The notes beneath the pieces were generated by a model. The model was not told where the DNA came from and did no database searches. It saw only the letters and a program-made list of their open reading frames with translations. A stretch of 64,000 nucleotides of DNA from positions 3,593 through 67,592 of the forward strand of contig JAXMMT010000032.1 of the NCBI GenBank assembly GCA_034399355.1, given 5' to 3'. A program made the position numbers and the translations under genes. Positions 1 through 9,842 of the stretch are shown here, in pieces. The first letter of the stretch is position 1; each line of letters begins with the position of its first letter. The stretch is from Coriobacteriia bacterium (GTDB lineage: Bacteria > Actinomycetota > Coriobacteriia > Anaerosomatales > Anaerosomataceae).

Positions 1-1
1 C

Positions 2-184
2 ACAGGAACACTCGTTTTTACGGGGTGGGGTCTTTGGGAATTCCTGAAGGCCGACGACATTCCCGTATTCGTGCGAGTGGCATCGGCAGTTGCTGCTCTG
101 GGGGTGGTGGCGATGATCGCCATTGTGTTGAAAGATCGTCTCACTCAGGAGCGGACTGACGAATTCAAGGGGGTGCAGCAATGA
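2..184 (+). CDS. partial CDS, C-terminal end of a membrane protein (start lies upstream of window)
   Basis: Frame is open from the window edge to TGA 182-184. Contains hydrophobic helix VASAVAALGVVAMIAIVL. Stop overlaps the next ATG (ATGA). Absent from the ORF track because no start lies in the window. Confidence 0.35.
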   Translation, partial: TGTLVFTGWGLWEFLKADDIPVFVRVASAVAALGVVAMIAIVLKDRLTQERTDEFKGVQQ

Positions 185-498
185 TCGTGACGACCGTGGA
201 GCAGATTCACGAGAGGAAGATTTTGAGCACGTTGGGGTTGGCCAAAGGCAGTACGGTCAGAGCGCGACATATTGGCCGAGACATCACCGCATCGTTTCGT
301 GGGCTGGTCGGCGGCGAGATCACTGAATATACGAAGATGATGGCTGAGGCGCGCGAGGAAGCTCTTGCACGCATGATCAAGGATGCGGAATCGATGGGCG
401 CCCATGCCGTGATCGGTATGCGGTTCGGCACGTCGATGGTCATGACTAGCGCCGCAGAGGTAACCGCATACGGGACCGCGGTCACGCTGGAGGGGTAG
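181..498 (+). CDS. YbjQ/UPF0145 family protein
   Basis: 105 aa. Full-length resemblance to the YbjQ family (GLVGGEITEYTKMMAEAREEALARMIKDAESMGAHAVIGMRF). Confidence 0.8.
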   Translation: MIVTTVEQIHERKILSTLGLAKGSTVRARHIGRDITASFRGLVGGEITEYTKMMAEAREEALARMIKDAESMGAHAVIGMRFGTSMVMTSAAEVTAYGTAVTLEG

Positions 499-503
499 GC
501 CGC

Positions 504-2216
504 ATGAGGTGCTTGACGGCTCGGACGCTTTGGATAGCGGTGCTGTGCGTGGTGGTTGTAGCCGTCCCTGTAAGCGGTACCGCAGCTACACGGAGCGTTG
601 TCTGGCCGGATGGAACCGTTCGCGTCTCAATCGATGCCGAGCGGGTCTACGGCGCTACGCGCTTCGACACAGCGGTGGCCGTCGCGCGCGAGAGTCACCC
701 GGGCTGGGCAGACGTGTCGCACGTGATCATCGCCTCCGGTCTCGATCGATCACTTGCAGACCCGCTTGCTGCCGGCGGGCTGTGCTGGGCCTATCAAGCT
801 CCGCTGCTCCTTGTGGCGGACACGAGTGTCCCCGAGGCAACTCGGATAGCGTTGCAGGAGATCATCTCGGCGAACACCACGGTGACGGTCAGCGTCGTCG
901 GCGGTTCGGCTGCCGTTTCGGCGGCGTGTGTCGCGGCGCTCGAGGGAATCGTGGGCGCGGGACAGGTGGAGCAGCCATTTGCTGGTGCCGACAGGTTTGC
1001 GACGGCCTCGATGATCGCGGTCCGCGTGAGCGAAGTCGCGTCGGATAACCCCTCACTGGTCGTTCCAGATATCGCACTGATAGCGAACGGGTCTGACACT
1101 CACTTCGACGCCCTGGCGCTTGCTGCTGTCAGCGCGCGCATAGGCGCCCCCGTGTTGTTCGTGACGCGAGACGCCGTGCCGCTTGCGACTGCGGCGACGT
1201 TGGTGGCACTTGCGCCAGGGGAGATCATAGTCGCCGGCGGGCGAGCTGTTGTCTCGGACGAGACATACGTAGCGCTCGGTGCAACGGAGCGGTGGTTCGG
1301 AGAGAACCGTTACGCGACGGCCGTGGCAGTGGCCGAGAACGCAATCGCCCGTGGCTGGTTCGAACTGGGTTCGTTCGGCGTGGCGGCAAGCGTGCCAGAC
1401 GCGGTGGTCGGGGCGATGCTGTGTGCAAGGGCAGGCATGCCGCTGCTCTACACCATCCGGGATCGGGTCAGTCTCGAGCTTGCGAGTTTCATTGAAGAGC
1501 GGGAGAGCGAGGTGTCCTCGTGTACCGTCTTCGGAGGTGCGTCCGTTGTCTCAGACGATGTTCTGGCGCAGTTGCGAGGGGATCCGGCGCGTCCGGTGAT
1601 GTTGAGTCCACGGCAGGGCGACCTTGTCGCCAAGTATGCTCGAGTGAGCGTCTACGTGGGCGTCAATACCAGCGAGTGCCGGCTGTACGCGGGAGATGCG
1701 TTCGTTACGAGTAGGGCGGTGCCCTCGTATGGGGTTGTGGATTTTGGGAGGGTCTCTATGCCTCCCACCGGAGCGAAGCTGCGTGTCGAAGTCGACAACC
1801 CTGAAGATCATTCTGCGAGTTGCGAGATCACAACGCGGCGTTTGGCATATCCAGCCAGCACGTCCGTCGTCATCGATAAGTCCGATTTCCGCTTGTATTG
1901 GGTGAAGGGTGACGAACTCATCAAGTCGTATCCGATCGCGATAGGTCGCGTGGGAGCGGAGACCCCCGTCGCGACCTGGAAGATACTCGCCAAATACAAC
2001 ACGAATCCGTCAAGTGTGTACGGTCCGCGCAAGATGCGCTTGTTCCGCAAGTATGGGAGCAGCTACGTATATACTGCCTACGCGATTCATGGAACGAATG
2101 AACCCTGGGTGATTGGAACCAAGGCGTCTCACGGGTGCATTCGTATGTACAACAGTGACGTCTTGGATCTTTTCCCACGTGTCCCGCTCGGCACACTCGT
2201 GCAGACTCGCGAGTAG
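504..2216 (+). CDS. secreted cell-wall-binding-repeat protein with C-terminal L,D-transpeptidase (YkuD) domain
   Basis: N-terminal signal/TM segment. Three G-x-[DN]-R-[FY]-x-T-A type cell-wall-binding repeats (GATRFDTAVAVA, GADRFATASMIA, GENRYATAVAVA). C-terminal YkuD catalytic motif HGTNEPWVIGTKASHGCIRM. Confidence 0.8.
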   Translation: MRCLTARTLWIAVLCVVVVAVPVSGTAATRSVVWPDGTVRVSIDAERVYGATRFDTAVAVARESHPGWADVSHVIIASGLDRSLADPLAAGGLCWAYQAPLLLVADTSVPEATRIALQEIISANTTVTVSVVGGSAAVSAACVAALEGIVGAGQVEQPFAGADRFATASMIAVRVSEVASDNPSLVVPDIALIANGSDTHFDALALAAVSARIGAPVLFVTRDAVPLATAATLVALAPGEIIVAGGRAVVSDETYVALGATERWFGENRYATAVAVAENAIARGWFELGSFGVAASVPDAVVGAMLCARAGMPLLYTIRDRVSLELASFIEERESEVSSCTVFGGASVVSDDVLAQLRGDPARPVMLSPRQGDLVAKYARVSVYVGVNTSECRLYAGDAFVTSRAVPSYGVVDFGRVSMPPTGAKLRVEVDNPEDHSASCEITTRRLAYPASTSVVIDKSDFRLYWVKGDELIKSYPIAIGRVGAETPVATWKILAKYNTNPSSVYGPRKMRLFRKYGSSYVYTAYAIHGTNEPWVIGTKASHGCIRMYNSDVLDLFPRVPLGTLVQTRE

Positions 2217-2217
2217 G

Positions 2218-3138
2218 TCAGACGGTTTCACCGGCTTTAAAGCTCGCGGCAGTATCACTTTCCACGACGAATGTAGCGGCACGAGGCAGGACGCGTGCCG
2301 ATACCGGAGTGAAGCGAGCGAGGGCATCTCCGTCAGCCTGGAGCGGCAACGCTGGGTCGGCGAGTACTCGTATGTTGCGGGCGGTGTGGATCTCGAGTGC
2401 GGGTCGAGCGGGGTGATGCCCCATACGGTCGAGCAGTGCCGCCCAGACGGCCGGGATGAGCCCCGCCACACTCTTAGTCTTCACGACGACGACCTCGAAG
2501 AGGCCGTCGCGCGCGTCACTGTTGTGTGTCACGGAGAGGTCGAACTGTATCCGGGCGAGGTTGACGAATAGCACTGCGATGCCCTGGGTCTTGACCACGT
2601 CTCCATCCAACTCGAGTCTGAAGTCGGCCACGGTGGGCTGAAGGTTCTGTATGGCGCCGATGATGTAGGCACCCTCACCAATCACCGGCTTCAGCTCGCG
2701 GGCGCCCTCCATTACATCGGCGTCGAAGCCGGCACCGGCGATTATCGCGAAGCCGGAGCGTTGTTCCTCGGCAGTGCCCTCAGCAGTGACGAGTTCCCCA
2801 AGGTCGATGTCGAGAGGGACCCCGTTCAGCGTGAGCGCGGCAAGTTCGTGAGCTTCCAGCGGCAACTTCAGGTTGCGGGCGAGGAGGTTGGCTGTTCCGG
2901 CGGGATACGCGACTATCGGGATTCCGGTTCCGCGCAGCGCGTAGGCGATGGACGAGACGGTTCCGTCACCACCGACAGCGACGACGCGGTCATAGCGGTC
3001 GGCGTCCCGCACAAGATGGGCGAGGTCGGCGTCCTCGTTGAGGAAGCGCAGCGTGACTTCGGCGCCGGCCTCTCCGAGGTCCCGGACGAAATCATTCAGG
3101 CCGGGGTCCCCCCAGCCTGAATGCATGTTCGCGACCAT
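2218..3138 (-). CDS. diacylglycerol kinase family lipid kinase (YegS/DagK-like)
   Basis: Motifs VVAVGGDGTVSSIAYAL and PAGTANLLARNL. Start trimmed to the internal ATG at 3138, because the 369-aa ORF would overlap the divergent rnd gene. Confidence 0.8.
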   Translation of the reverse strand: MVANMHSGWGDPGLNDFVRDLGEAGAEVTLRFLNEDADLAHLVRDADRYDRVVAVGGDGTVSSIAYALRGTGIPIVAYPAGTANLLARNLKLPLEAHELAALTLNGVPLDIDLGELVTAEGTAEEQRSGFAIIAGAGFDADVMEGARELKPVIGEGAYIIGAIQNLQPTVADFRLELDGDVVKTQGIAVLFVNLARIQFDLSVTHNSDARDGLFEVVVVKTKSVAGLIPAVWAALLDRMGHHPARPALEIHTARNIRVLADPALPLQADGDALARFTPVSARVLPRAATFVVESDTAASFKAGETV

Positions 3139-3214
3139 GAGGATGTTCAACGTCGCCCCCGTTGTCGTGTATGTCGAAGCCTGGCGAGCTTTGGGATACA
3201 CTCGGTTATCGACA

Positions 3215-4399
3215 ATGATACGGCATGAGTGGTGCGGGCGAGAGGCCGGGTGTTCTGTGTACATCACCGATTCACAGGGTCTGGCATCGTTCGTCGAGGC
3301 CCTCGGCGACTCCGATGTTATCGCCATCGATACAGAGTTTATGCGCGAGAAGACCTACTACGCGCGCCTGTGTCTGATACAGGTTGGCACTGCCGACATA
3401 GCGGCGGCTATCGACCCGTTCACCATCCCTGACTTGAGTCCCCTCTGGCGCGTGCTCGAGCGTTCCGACATTACCAAGGTCTTCCATGCGGGAGGTCAGG
3501 ACGTAGAGATCCTCTACCGCGAGATGGGAAGGACACCGGCTCCCGCGTTCGACACGCAGGTAGCAGCGACTTTGACGGGACATCCGTCCCAAGTCGGGTA
3601 CGGACAGCTTGTACGCTCGGTGCTTGGCATCGAGATGGACAAGGGCGATATGTACACGGACTGGGCCGCCCGCCCCCTTAAAGAGACGCAGCTCGAGTAC
3701 GCGCTCAATGATGTGCGTTTTCTACCTGAGATCTACAGGCGTCTCCGAGACCAGCTTGTCGCGGACGGCAGACTTGCATGGCTTGCCGAGGACTTCGAAC
3801 GTATAGCCGACCCCGCTACGTACGATGTCGTGCCCGAGGAGCAGTGGCGGCGGGTCAAGCGGGCGTCGTCGCTGGACCACACCGGACTCGCAGTGCTGCG
3901 CAGCGTGGCCGCATGGCGTGAGCGGGAAGCCCAGAAGCGAGACCTCCCCAGGCGGTGGGTGCTCGGAGATGAGAGCCTGGTTGAGGTGGCCCGTCGGGCG
4001 CCTGTCGACAGCGCAAGCCTCAGTGCGATTCGCGGTATCAGCGACCAGGCAGTGGGACGCTTCAGCGAGGGAATCATCGCGGCTGTGCATCAGGGGCTTG
4101 CCGTGCCCGAGCATGAGCGCCCGCGTCTGCCAAAGCGGCGTCGACCCGGTAAGGGCGCAGCGCAGCTCGCCGACCTGATGAGCGTGCTCGTTCGAGTGCG
4201 CGCTCGCGATCACGGTGTCGCGCCGACCCTGCTGGCGACCCGCGACAATCTTGAGAGCCTGGCCGACGGCGAGCGGGACGATAATCCGCTGCTGACCGGG
4301 TGGCGTCATGCGCTGGTGGGGGCGGAGCTGGAGGCGCTCATCCGTGGCGAAATCTCACTGCGTGTCTCCGACGGCGAGGTAGTGATCGAGCGGCGCTGA
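3215..4399 (+). CDS. rnd: ribonuclease D
   Basis: DEDD exonuclease motifs IAIDTEFMRE, HAGGQDVEIL and YALNDVRFL, with an HRDC-like C-terminal half. Start set at ATG 3215 (GTG 3257 is an alternative); the upstream part of the ORF is not RNase D-like. Confidence 0.8.
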   Translation: MIRHEWCGREAGCSVYITDSQGLASFVEALGDSDVIAIDTEFMREKTYYARLCLIQVGTADIAAAIDPFTIPDLSPLWRVLERSDITKVFHAGGQDVEILYREMGRTPAPAFDTQVAATLTGHPSQVGYGQLVRSVLGIEMDKGDMYTDWAARPLKETQLEYALNDVRFLPEIYRRLRDQLVADGRLAWLAEDFERIADPATYDVVPEEQWRRVKRASSLDHTGLAVLRSVAAWREREAQKRDLPRRWVLGDESLVEVARRAPVDSASLSAIRGISDQAVGRFSEGIIAAVHQGLAVPEHERPRLPKRRRPGKGAAQLADLMSVLVRVRARDHGVAPTLLATRDNLESLADGERDDNPLLTGWRHALVGAELEALIRGEISLRVSDGEVVIERR

Positions 4400-4454
4400 A
4401 GGCCCGTGCCAGTGAGAACCACTGAAGTCGACGTTGTGAAGCCGAGGAGGGACC

Positions 4455-5795
4455 GTGACCGCAGAGAATCGTGCGCTGAGCGTCTCTGACGCCATGCGTC
4501 TGGCCAAAGGTGCGCTTGAGGATATTCAAGTGCGTGTATTGGGCGAGGTCTCCGAGTGTACGGTCAAACCCGGCTACAAGGCCGTGTACTTCACCATCAG
4601 CGATGAGTATGCGGTCCTTCCGTGCTTGATGTGGCGTGACGCGTATACCGCGAGTGGCCTGGACCTGCGCCCAGGAATGCTTGTCGAGGTGGGTGGCATG
4701 TTCACGGCCTATGCCCCGAAAGGCAGGATGCAATTCCAGGTTCGGAGCATGGCGCCGGCCGGCGAAGGCGTCTTGCGGCTGCAAGTGGCCGCGCTTGCGC
4801 GCAGGCTCGAAGAGGCGGGATTGATGTCTCTTGAGCGCAAGCGGCCGCTGCCGGAGTTTCCTTCGCGCATCGGGCTTGTGACGTCGCCCCGTGGGAAAGC
4901 GGTCCATGACGTCATTCGCACCCTTCGCCGCAGGTATCCGGTCGCCGAGCTGGTGATTGCGGGTGTTCGGGTGGAGGGTGAGGCGGCGGTGCAGTCGATT
5001 GCCGAAGGGCTGCGCTTGATGAGCGCTACGCCCGGCATGGACGTCGTCATCCTGTGCAGGGGTGGTGGGAGCTACGAGGACCTCATGCCGTTCAACGCAG
5101 AAGAGGTGGCCTGCGCGATCGTCGCCTGCGCGGTACCCGTGGTCACGGGCATCGGGCACGAACCCGATACGACCATCGCTGACATGGTCGCCGATGTGCG
5201 GGCATCGACCCCCACTGCTGCGGCAGAGGCTGTCGCCCCATCCGTCGAGGAGCTCGCGCAGCGTCTCGAAGGGAAGGCGCGGCTGCTCGGCCGTGTGCTT
5301 CACCACACGGTGCGCAGCTACGAGCACCGGCTGCGGCTGCTGCAGGACCGTCCGGTCCTGCGTGACCCGGTATGCACTCTGGGCGCGCGAATGCAGGCCG
5401 TCGACCTGGCAGCTGGGGCTCTCGGTCGCGCATTGCCTGCGAGACTCTCACGAGACCGGGAGGCGGTTGCGCGTGCTTCCAAGGAATTGTTGCGTGTTGC
5501 GCCGCGCCTCTCGGAGCGGCATGCGGATCGTGTCGGCCATACTGGTGCGCGACTTGCGGACGCAGGGTCACGCATGCTCGAACGTACGCAGCGCGACGTG
5601 GAGAGATATGCAGCGAGGCTGGATGACCTGTCGCCACTTGCGATACTCAGGCGTGGATACGCGGTATGCTATGACGAGTCCGGTAGTGTGGTCGTGCGCT
5701 CGGTGGGGGATGTGAGCGTCGGAGATCGCGTTGCTGTTCGTCTTGCCGAAGGCTCACTCGGCTGCGTCGTGGACAGTGTGAGATCGGAGATCTAG
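4455..5795 (+). CDS. xseA: exodeoxyribonuclease VII large subunit
   Basis: 446 aa with an OB-fold N-terminus. Family motifs GLVTSPRGKAVHDV, RGGGSYEDL and GIGHEPDTT. Followed directly by xseB. Confidence 0.9.
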   Translation: MTAENRALSVSDAMRLAKGALEDIQVRVLGEVSECTVKPGYKAVYFTISDEYAVLPCLMWRDAYTASGLDLRPGMLVEVGGMFTAYAPKGRMQFQVRSMAPAGEGVLRLQVAALARRLEEAGLMSLERKRPLPEFPSRIGLVTSPRGKAVHDVIRTLRRRYPVAELVIAGVRVEGEAAVQSIAEGLRLMSATPGMDVVILCRGGGSYEDLMPFNAEEVACAIVACAVPVVTGIGHEPDTTIADMVADVRASTPTAAAEAVAPSVEELAQRLEGKARLLGRVLHHTVRSYEHRLRLLQDRPVLRDPVCTLGARMQAVDLAAGALGRALPARLSRDREAVARASKELLRVAPRLSERHADRVGHTGARLADAGSRMLERTQRDVERYAARLDDLSPLAILRRGYAVCYDESGSVVVRSVGDVSVGDRVAVRLAEGSLGCVVDSVRSEI

Positions 5796-6032
5796 ATGGA
5801 CGCCATGAACACATCGGCTGAAGAGCTGGCGTTCGGTGCGGCACTGGCTGAACTCGAGCAAATCGTGAAGGCGCTTGAGGGCGGACAGCTTGAGCTGGAG
5901 GAGAGTCTTGCCCGCTACGAGCGCGGGGTCTCTTTGCTGCGTGCCTGTAAGACGAAACTCGCAGATGCGGAGCAGCGCGTGACGATGCTCGTGGGCGAAC
6001 TCGAGGAAGAGGAAACGACTGACGAGCAGTGA
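5796..6032 (+). CDS. xseB: exodeoxyribonuclease VII small subunit
   Basis: 78 aa, abutting the xseA stop. FGAALAELEQIVKALEGGQLELEESL is typical of XseB. Confidence 0.85.
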   Translation: MDAMNTSAEELAFGAALAELEQIVKALEGGQLELEESLARYERGVSLLRACKTKLADAEQRVTMLVGELEEEETTDEQ

Positions 6033-6072
6033 CTCGTCGCGTGTGGATCGGGCCTACTCAGGAGGGAGTACC

Positions 6073-6429
6073 ATGTCGGACTGCATTTTCTGCATGGTGG
6101 CAAAGGGCGAAATCCCATCGAGGATCGTCTACGAGGACGACTCCGTCCTCGCATTCGATGACATTGCGCCTCAAGGACCCGTGCACACGCTCATCATTCC
6201 AAAGACGCACTATGCGAACCTCAGTGACAATGTGCCGGCGGAGCTTCTCGGCAAGCTGTTCGGTGTCGTCGGTCAGGTGGCCGAGATGAAGGGCATCGAC
6301 CGCTCCGGATACCGCGTCATCGTGAACTCGGGTCCTGATGCTTCCCAGACCGTGCACCATCTTCACATCCACGTGATTGGCGGGAAGCCCATGTCGCACG
6401 GCATGGTGAACTTCGCCGAGAACTCCTGA
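6073..6429 (+). CDS. HIT (histidine triad) family protein
   Basis: N-terminal CIFC and histidine triad HHLHIHVIGG. ATG 6073 is preceded by GGAGGG at 6061-6066. Confidence 0.85.
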   Translation: MSDCIFCMVAKGEIPSRIVYEDDSVLAFDDIAPQGPVHTLIIPKTHYANLSDNVPAELLGKLFGVVGQVAEMKGIDRSGYRVIVNSGPDASQTVHHLHIHVIGGKPMSHGMVNFAENS

Positions 6430-6445
6430 CATGAGCGGAGGCACC

Positions 6446-7300
6446 ATGAAAGAAGTCGTTATCGTCACGGACAGCACCGCTGATCTCACTCCTGAGATTT
6501 GTGCGGAGTACGATATCGCGGTGGTGAATCTCGGCTTCACCATTGGGGACAAGTCATACCTCAACGATGACTTGACCCAGGAGGAGTTCTTCGCCGAGAT
6601 GGCGAAGTCGCGTGAACTCCCTAAGACGTCCCAGCCGTCCGTCGGAGCCTTCGTCGAGATGTACCGTCAGCAGTTGGAGCGAGCCCAGACGATCGTATCC
6701 GTGCACATCTCGAACAAGCTCTCGGGCACCATCGAGTCCGCGCAAGAAGCCGCCCGGCAGTTTGGGGAACGCGTTCATGTGGTCGACACGCTGAACCTGA
6801 GCTGGGGTGAGGGAATACAGGTGCTTGAAGCGGCGAGAGAGGTCGCACGTGGTGCGAGCTGGCAGGACGTCGTCAAGACGGTCGAGAATGCTCGTGAGCG
6901 CGTGCAGATGATCGTTGGCATCGACTCGCTGGAGAATCTTGCGAAGGGCGGCAGGATCGGCAAAGTCTCACAGTTCCTTGGCGGTATCCTCCGCCTGCGC
7001 ATTCTGTTCACCGTGAACAAGGAGGGCTCCTTCGAGCCGGTTGCGCGTATCCGCGGAGCGAATGCCGCCCTCGACGAGACGATGAAGTGGGTCGCCGCGA
7101 AGATGGGTGGCCGCCGTCGTGGCCGCTTTGCGGTGATGCACGCGATGTCCCCGGACAAAGCAGAGTGGCTCCGCGAGCGCATCGCGTCAACGTACGATGT
7201 CGTGGAGATGCACGTCGTCAAAGCGGGGCCCGTGATAAGCACACACACCGGCACCGGGTGGGGAGTGGCGCTGCTGCCTGCCGAGAGCCACGACGCCTGA
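6446..7300 (+). CDS. DegV family fatty-acid-binding protein
   Basis: N-terminus MKEVVIVTDSTADL is typical of DegV. ATG 6446 has GGAGG 5 nt upstream; ATG 6431 is an alternative start. Confidence 0.85.
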   Translation: MKEVVIVTDSTADLTPEICAEYDIAVVNLGFTIGDKSYLNDDLTQEEFFAEMAKSRELPKTSQPSVGAFVEMYRQQLERAQTIVSVHISNKLSGTIESAQEAARQFGERVHVVDTLNLSWGEGIQVLEAAREVARGASWQDVVKTVENARERVQMIVGIDSLENLAKGGRIGKVSQFLGGILRLRILFTVNKEGSFEPVARIRGANAALDETMKWVAAKMGGRRRGRFAVMHAMSPDKAEWLRERIASTYDVVEMHVVKAGPVISTHTGTGWGVALLPAESHDA

Positions 7301-7366
7301 GGGAGTGACCGCCAGGTTCGGACCCGGGGAAGAGAATGTCGTGGTGCCGGGAGTAACCCCAAACGC

Positions 7367-7400
7367 GGAACGGTTCCGGTCTTCAGACCGGAACCGTTCT
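7367..7400 (+). terminator. intrinsic terminator after degV
   Basis: 14-15 bp perfect stem GGAACGGTTCCGGTC / GACCGGAACCGTTC with loop TTCA, followed by a T-containing tail. Confidence 0.6.
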
Positions 7401-7750
7401 ATTCCTTCCCTGGTTACCCCTGAGTCTCTGTGGTCTTAAGCGGCTCTTGTGAGCCACTTCATCGCGATGCCGGTCGGCGATGAACCTACACCTGGTGCGA
7501 GACGGATTCCCCGTAGCGCGCCATCGTCAGGGAAGGGAATCTGCGTTCATTTGAAACGCTAACGCATGGGAAGAACATATGCAACAGTTGTTACAATGCT
7601 GCTTCGTGGCAGTACCGTCCTGGCGGTACCGCCCACCGAGAAATCGCAGCCGCCGACCTGAACTGACCACGGGCAAAGCCTGTCGCGACGGTAGGATGGG
7701 TGCGGAGGACACTATGTTCTCCACTTTTGCCCAATGGCGCATCCGGATGC

Positions 7751-7775
7751 CCACGGGCCGGCCGTGGTCGTTTTT
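7751..7775 (+). promoter_or_regulatory. terminator-like hairpin plus T5 run inside the acs leader (possible attenuator)
   Basis: CCACGG-GCCGG-CCGTGG stem-loop followed by TCGTTTTT. It ends about 20 nt before the acs RBS GAGGAGG. Confidence 0.35.
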
Positions 7776-7795
7776 CTAGATGAGGAGGCGAGAGT

Positions 7796-9784
7796 ATGAC
7801 GGATTCGAACGCCATCGAATCGCTGTCCCAGGAGTATCGCGTTATTCAGCCGCCCGCGTGGGTCACTGAGCGTGCGCACCTCCAGAGCATGGAGGAGTAC
7901 GAGGAACTCTACAAGCGGTCGATCGAAGACCCCGAGGGGTTCTGGGCCGACATGGCTGAAGAGATGCTCCACTGGCACAAGAAGTGGGACAAGGTCCTGG
8001 ATTATGACTTCCATGAGCCGCGTGTCGAGTGGTTCAAAGGCGGTCAGCTGAATGTGACCTACAACTGCATCGACCGTCACCTCAACGGGTGGCGGCGCAA
8101 CAAAGCGGCGATCATCTGGGAATCCGATGAGGGTCGCACGAAGATGTACACATATCAGTCGCTCTACTATAAGGTGTGCAAACTCGCCAACGTGCTCAAG
8201 AAGCACGGCATCAAAAAGGGCGATCGCGTCGCCATTTACCTGCCGATGATCCCCGAGCTTGCAATCTCCATGCTCGCCTGTGCCCGCATCGGCGCGATCC
8301 ACTCGATCGTCTTCGCCGGGTTCAGCGCCGCGGCGCTGAGGGATCGCATACAGGACTGTGGCGCGTGCATGTTGATCACAGCAGACGAGGGAATCCGCGG
8401 TGGTCGTGTCGTTCCGCTGAAGGCCGAGGCGGACGTAGCGCTCTATGAGTGCCCGACCGTCGAGTCCGTTATCGTCGTCTCGCGCGCACGTACCCGGGTC
8501 GACATGGAGCCGGGTCGAGACTTCTGGTACCACGAGGAGGTCCGCGCTGCCGACATCGACCGTCACTGTGACATCGAGTGGATGGATGCCGAGGACCCAC
8601 TGTTCATCCTCTATACGTCGGGTTCGACCGGCAAGCCGAAAGGCGTGCTGCACACGACGGCCGGCTATCTGCTGTACACGGCCGCGACGTTCCGGTATGT
8701 CTTCGACTATCACGACGAGGACGTCTTTTGGTGCACGGCTGACATCGGCTGGGTCACCGGTCACAGCTACATCGTCTATGGTCCCCTCGCGGTAGGTGCC
8801 ACGTCGCTGATGTTCGAGGGCGTGCCCACATACCCGGATCCGGGTCGCTTCTGGGAGGTCGTCGAGAAGCACGGCGTCAACCAGTTCTACACCGCGCCGA
8901 CCGCCATTCGTGCCCTGATGAAGTCAGGTGAGGAGTGGCCTGCCAAGTACGACCTGTCCACCCTTCGCGTGCTCGGCACCGTGGGCGAGCCCATAAATCC
9001 TGAAGCGTGGATGTGGTACTACAAGCACATCGGACACGAAAATGTCCCCATCGTCGATACCTACTGGCAGACGGAGACGGGCGGGCACATCATCACGAAT
9101 TTCCCCGGCGCCACGCCCATGAAGCCAGGTTCTGCGACACGCCCGTTCTTCGGTATTAAACTCGCGATTGTGAATGAGGACGGTTCGCCCACACCTGTCG
9201 GCTTCGGCGGCCGTCTGTGTATCACGAAACCGTGGCCAGGCATGCTGCGCGGCACGTGGGGCGACCCTGAGAACAAGCTGATCAAAGAGGTGTATTTCTC
9301 GCAGTTCCCCGGCAAGTACTTCACCGGTGACGGTGCGCGGATGGACGAGGACGGCTACTACTGGCTGCTTGGCCGCTTGGACGACGTCATCAACGTGTCG
9401 GGGCACCGTATGGGCACGGCCGAGGTTGAAAGCGCGCTCGTGAGCCACGAAAGTGTCGCTGAGGCCGCGGTCGTTGGCTACCCGCATGACATCAAGGGTG
9501 AGGGTATCTACGCATACGTCATCCTGAGGCAGGGCTTCGAGGCGAGCAGTAATCTGCAGAAGGTGCTCTCTGGTCACGTACGCGAGGAGATCGGTCCAAT
9601 TGCGAAGCCAGATCTCATCCACTTCGTGCCCGAGCTGCCCAAGACCCGTTCTGGCAAGATCATGCGCCGTATCCTGCGCAAGATCGCGGGAGGGGAGCGT
9701 GACATGGAGGCATTGGGCGATATCTCGACACTTGCTGATCCCTCGATCGTGCAAAAGATCCTGGAGACTGCGCCGGACGCGTAA
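7796..9784 (+). CDS. acs: acetyl-CoA synthetase
   Basis: 662 aa. AMP-binding motif [12 protein letters not shown], and the Acs C-terminal motif [15 protein letters not shown] with the acetylatable Lys. Confidence 0.95.
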   Translation: MTDSNAIESLSQEYRVIQPPAWVTERAHLQSMEEYEELYKRSIEDPEGFWADMAEEMLHWHKKWDKVLDYDFHEPRVEWFKGGQLNVTYNCIDRHLNGWRRNKAAIIWESDEGRTKMYTYQSLYYKVCKLANVLKKHGIKKGDRVAIYLPMIPELAISMLACARIGAIHSIVFAGFSAAALRDRIQDCGACMLITADEGIRGGRVVPLKAEADVALYECPTVESVIVVSRARTRVDMEPGRDFWYHEEVRAADIDRHCDIEWMDAEDPLFILYTSGSTGKPKGVLHTTAGYLLYTAATFRYVFDYHDEDVFWCTADIGWVTGHSYIVYGPLAVGATSLMFEGVPTYPDPGRFWEVVEKHGVNQFYTAPTAIRALMKSGEEWPAKYDLSTLRVLGTVGEPINPEAWMWYYKHIGHENVPIVDTYWQTETGGHIITNFPGATPMKPGSATRPFFGIKLAIVNEDGSPTPVGFGGRLCITKPWPGMLRGTWGDPENKLIKEVYFSQFPGKYFTGDGARMDEDGYYWLLGRLDDVINVSGHRMGTAEVESALVSHESVAEAAVVGYPHDIKGEGIYAYVILRQGFEASSNLQKVLSGHVREEIGPIAKPDLIHFVPELPKTRSGKIMRRILRKIAGGERDMEALGDISTLADPSIVQKILETAPDA

Positions 9785-9804
9785 TCACGCCAGTTGTTTC
9801 ATCG

Positions 9805-9834
9805 GAGGGCGGTGGCCGAGCGGTCGCCGCCCTC
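9805..9834. terminator. hairpin between convergent acs and IMPase genes
   Basis: GAGGGCGG ... CCGCCCTC stem with additional inner pairs. Lies in the 58-bp convergent gap. Confidence 0.5.
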
Positions 9835-9842
9835 TGTGCGTT

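Noticed and set aside
2218-3327. Long N-terminal extensions of track ORFs: 2218..3327, 3038..4399, 26753..27640, 27481..28431, 34636..35739, 40148..41302, 51357..51767, 51816..53201 and 22947..23462.
   Set aside because: The extensions overlap neighbouring genes or terminators and lack family similarity. Internal starts with RBS-like sequences reproduce canonical N-termini.
7627-7638. 12-bp perfect palindrome GGCGGTACCGCC in the acs leader.
   Set aside because: It is short and GC-rich, so it could easily arise by chance. It is subsumed under the acs leader finding rather than called as a site.
7401-7795. Whether the acs upstream region is a known housekeeping RNA (RNase P RNA, SRP/4.5S, tmRNA, 6S).
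   Set aside because: I could not find the signature sequences by eye on either strand: the GGAAAGTCC-type P4 motif, the SRP GGAAGCAGCC-type loop motif, or a tRNA-like tmRNA end. A covariance-model search is still needed.
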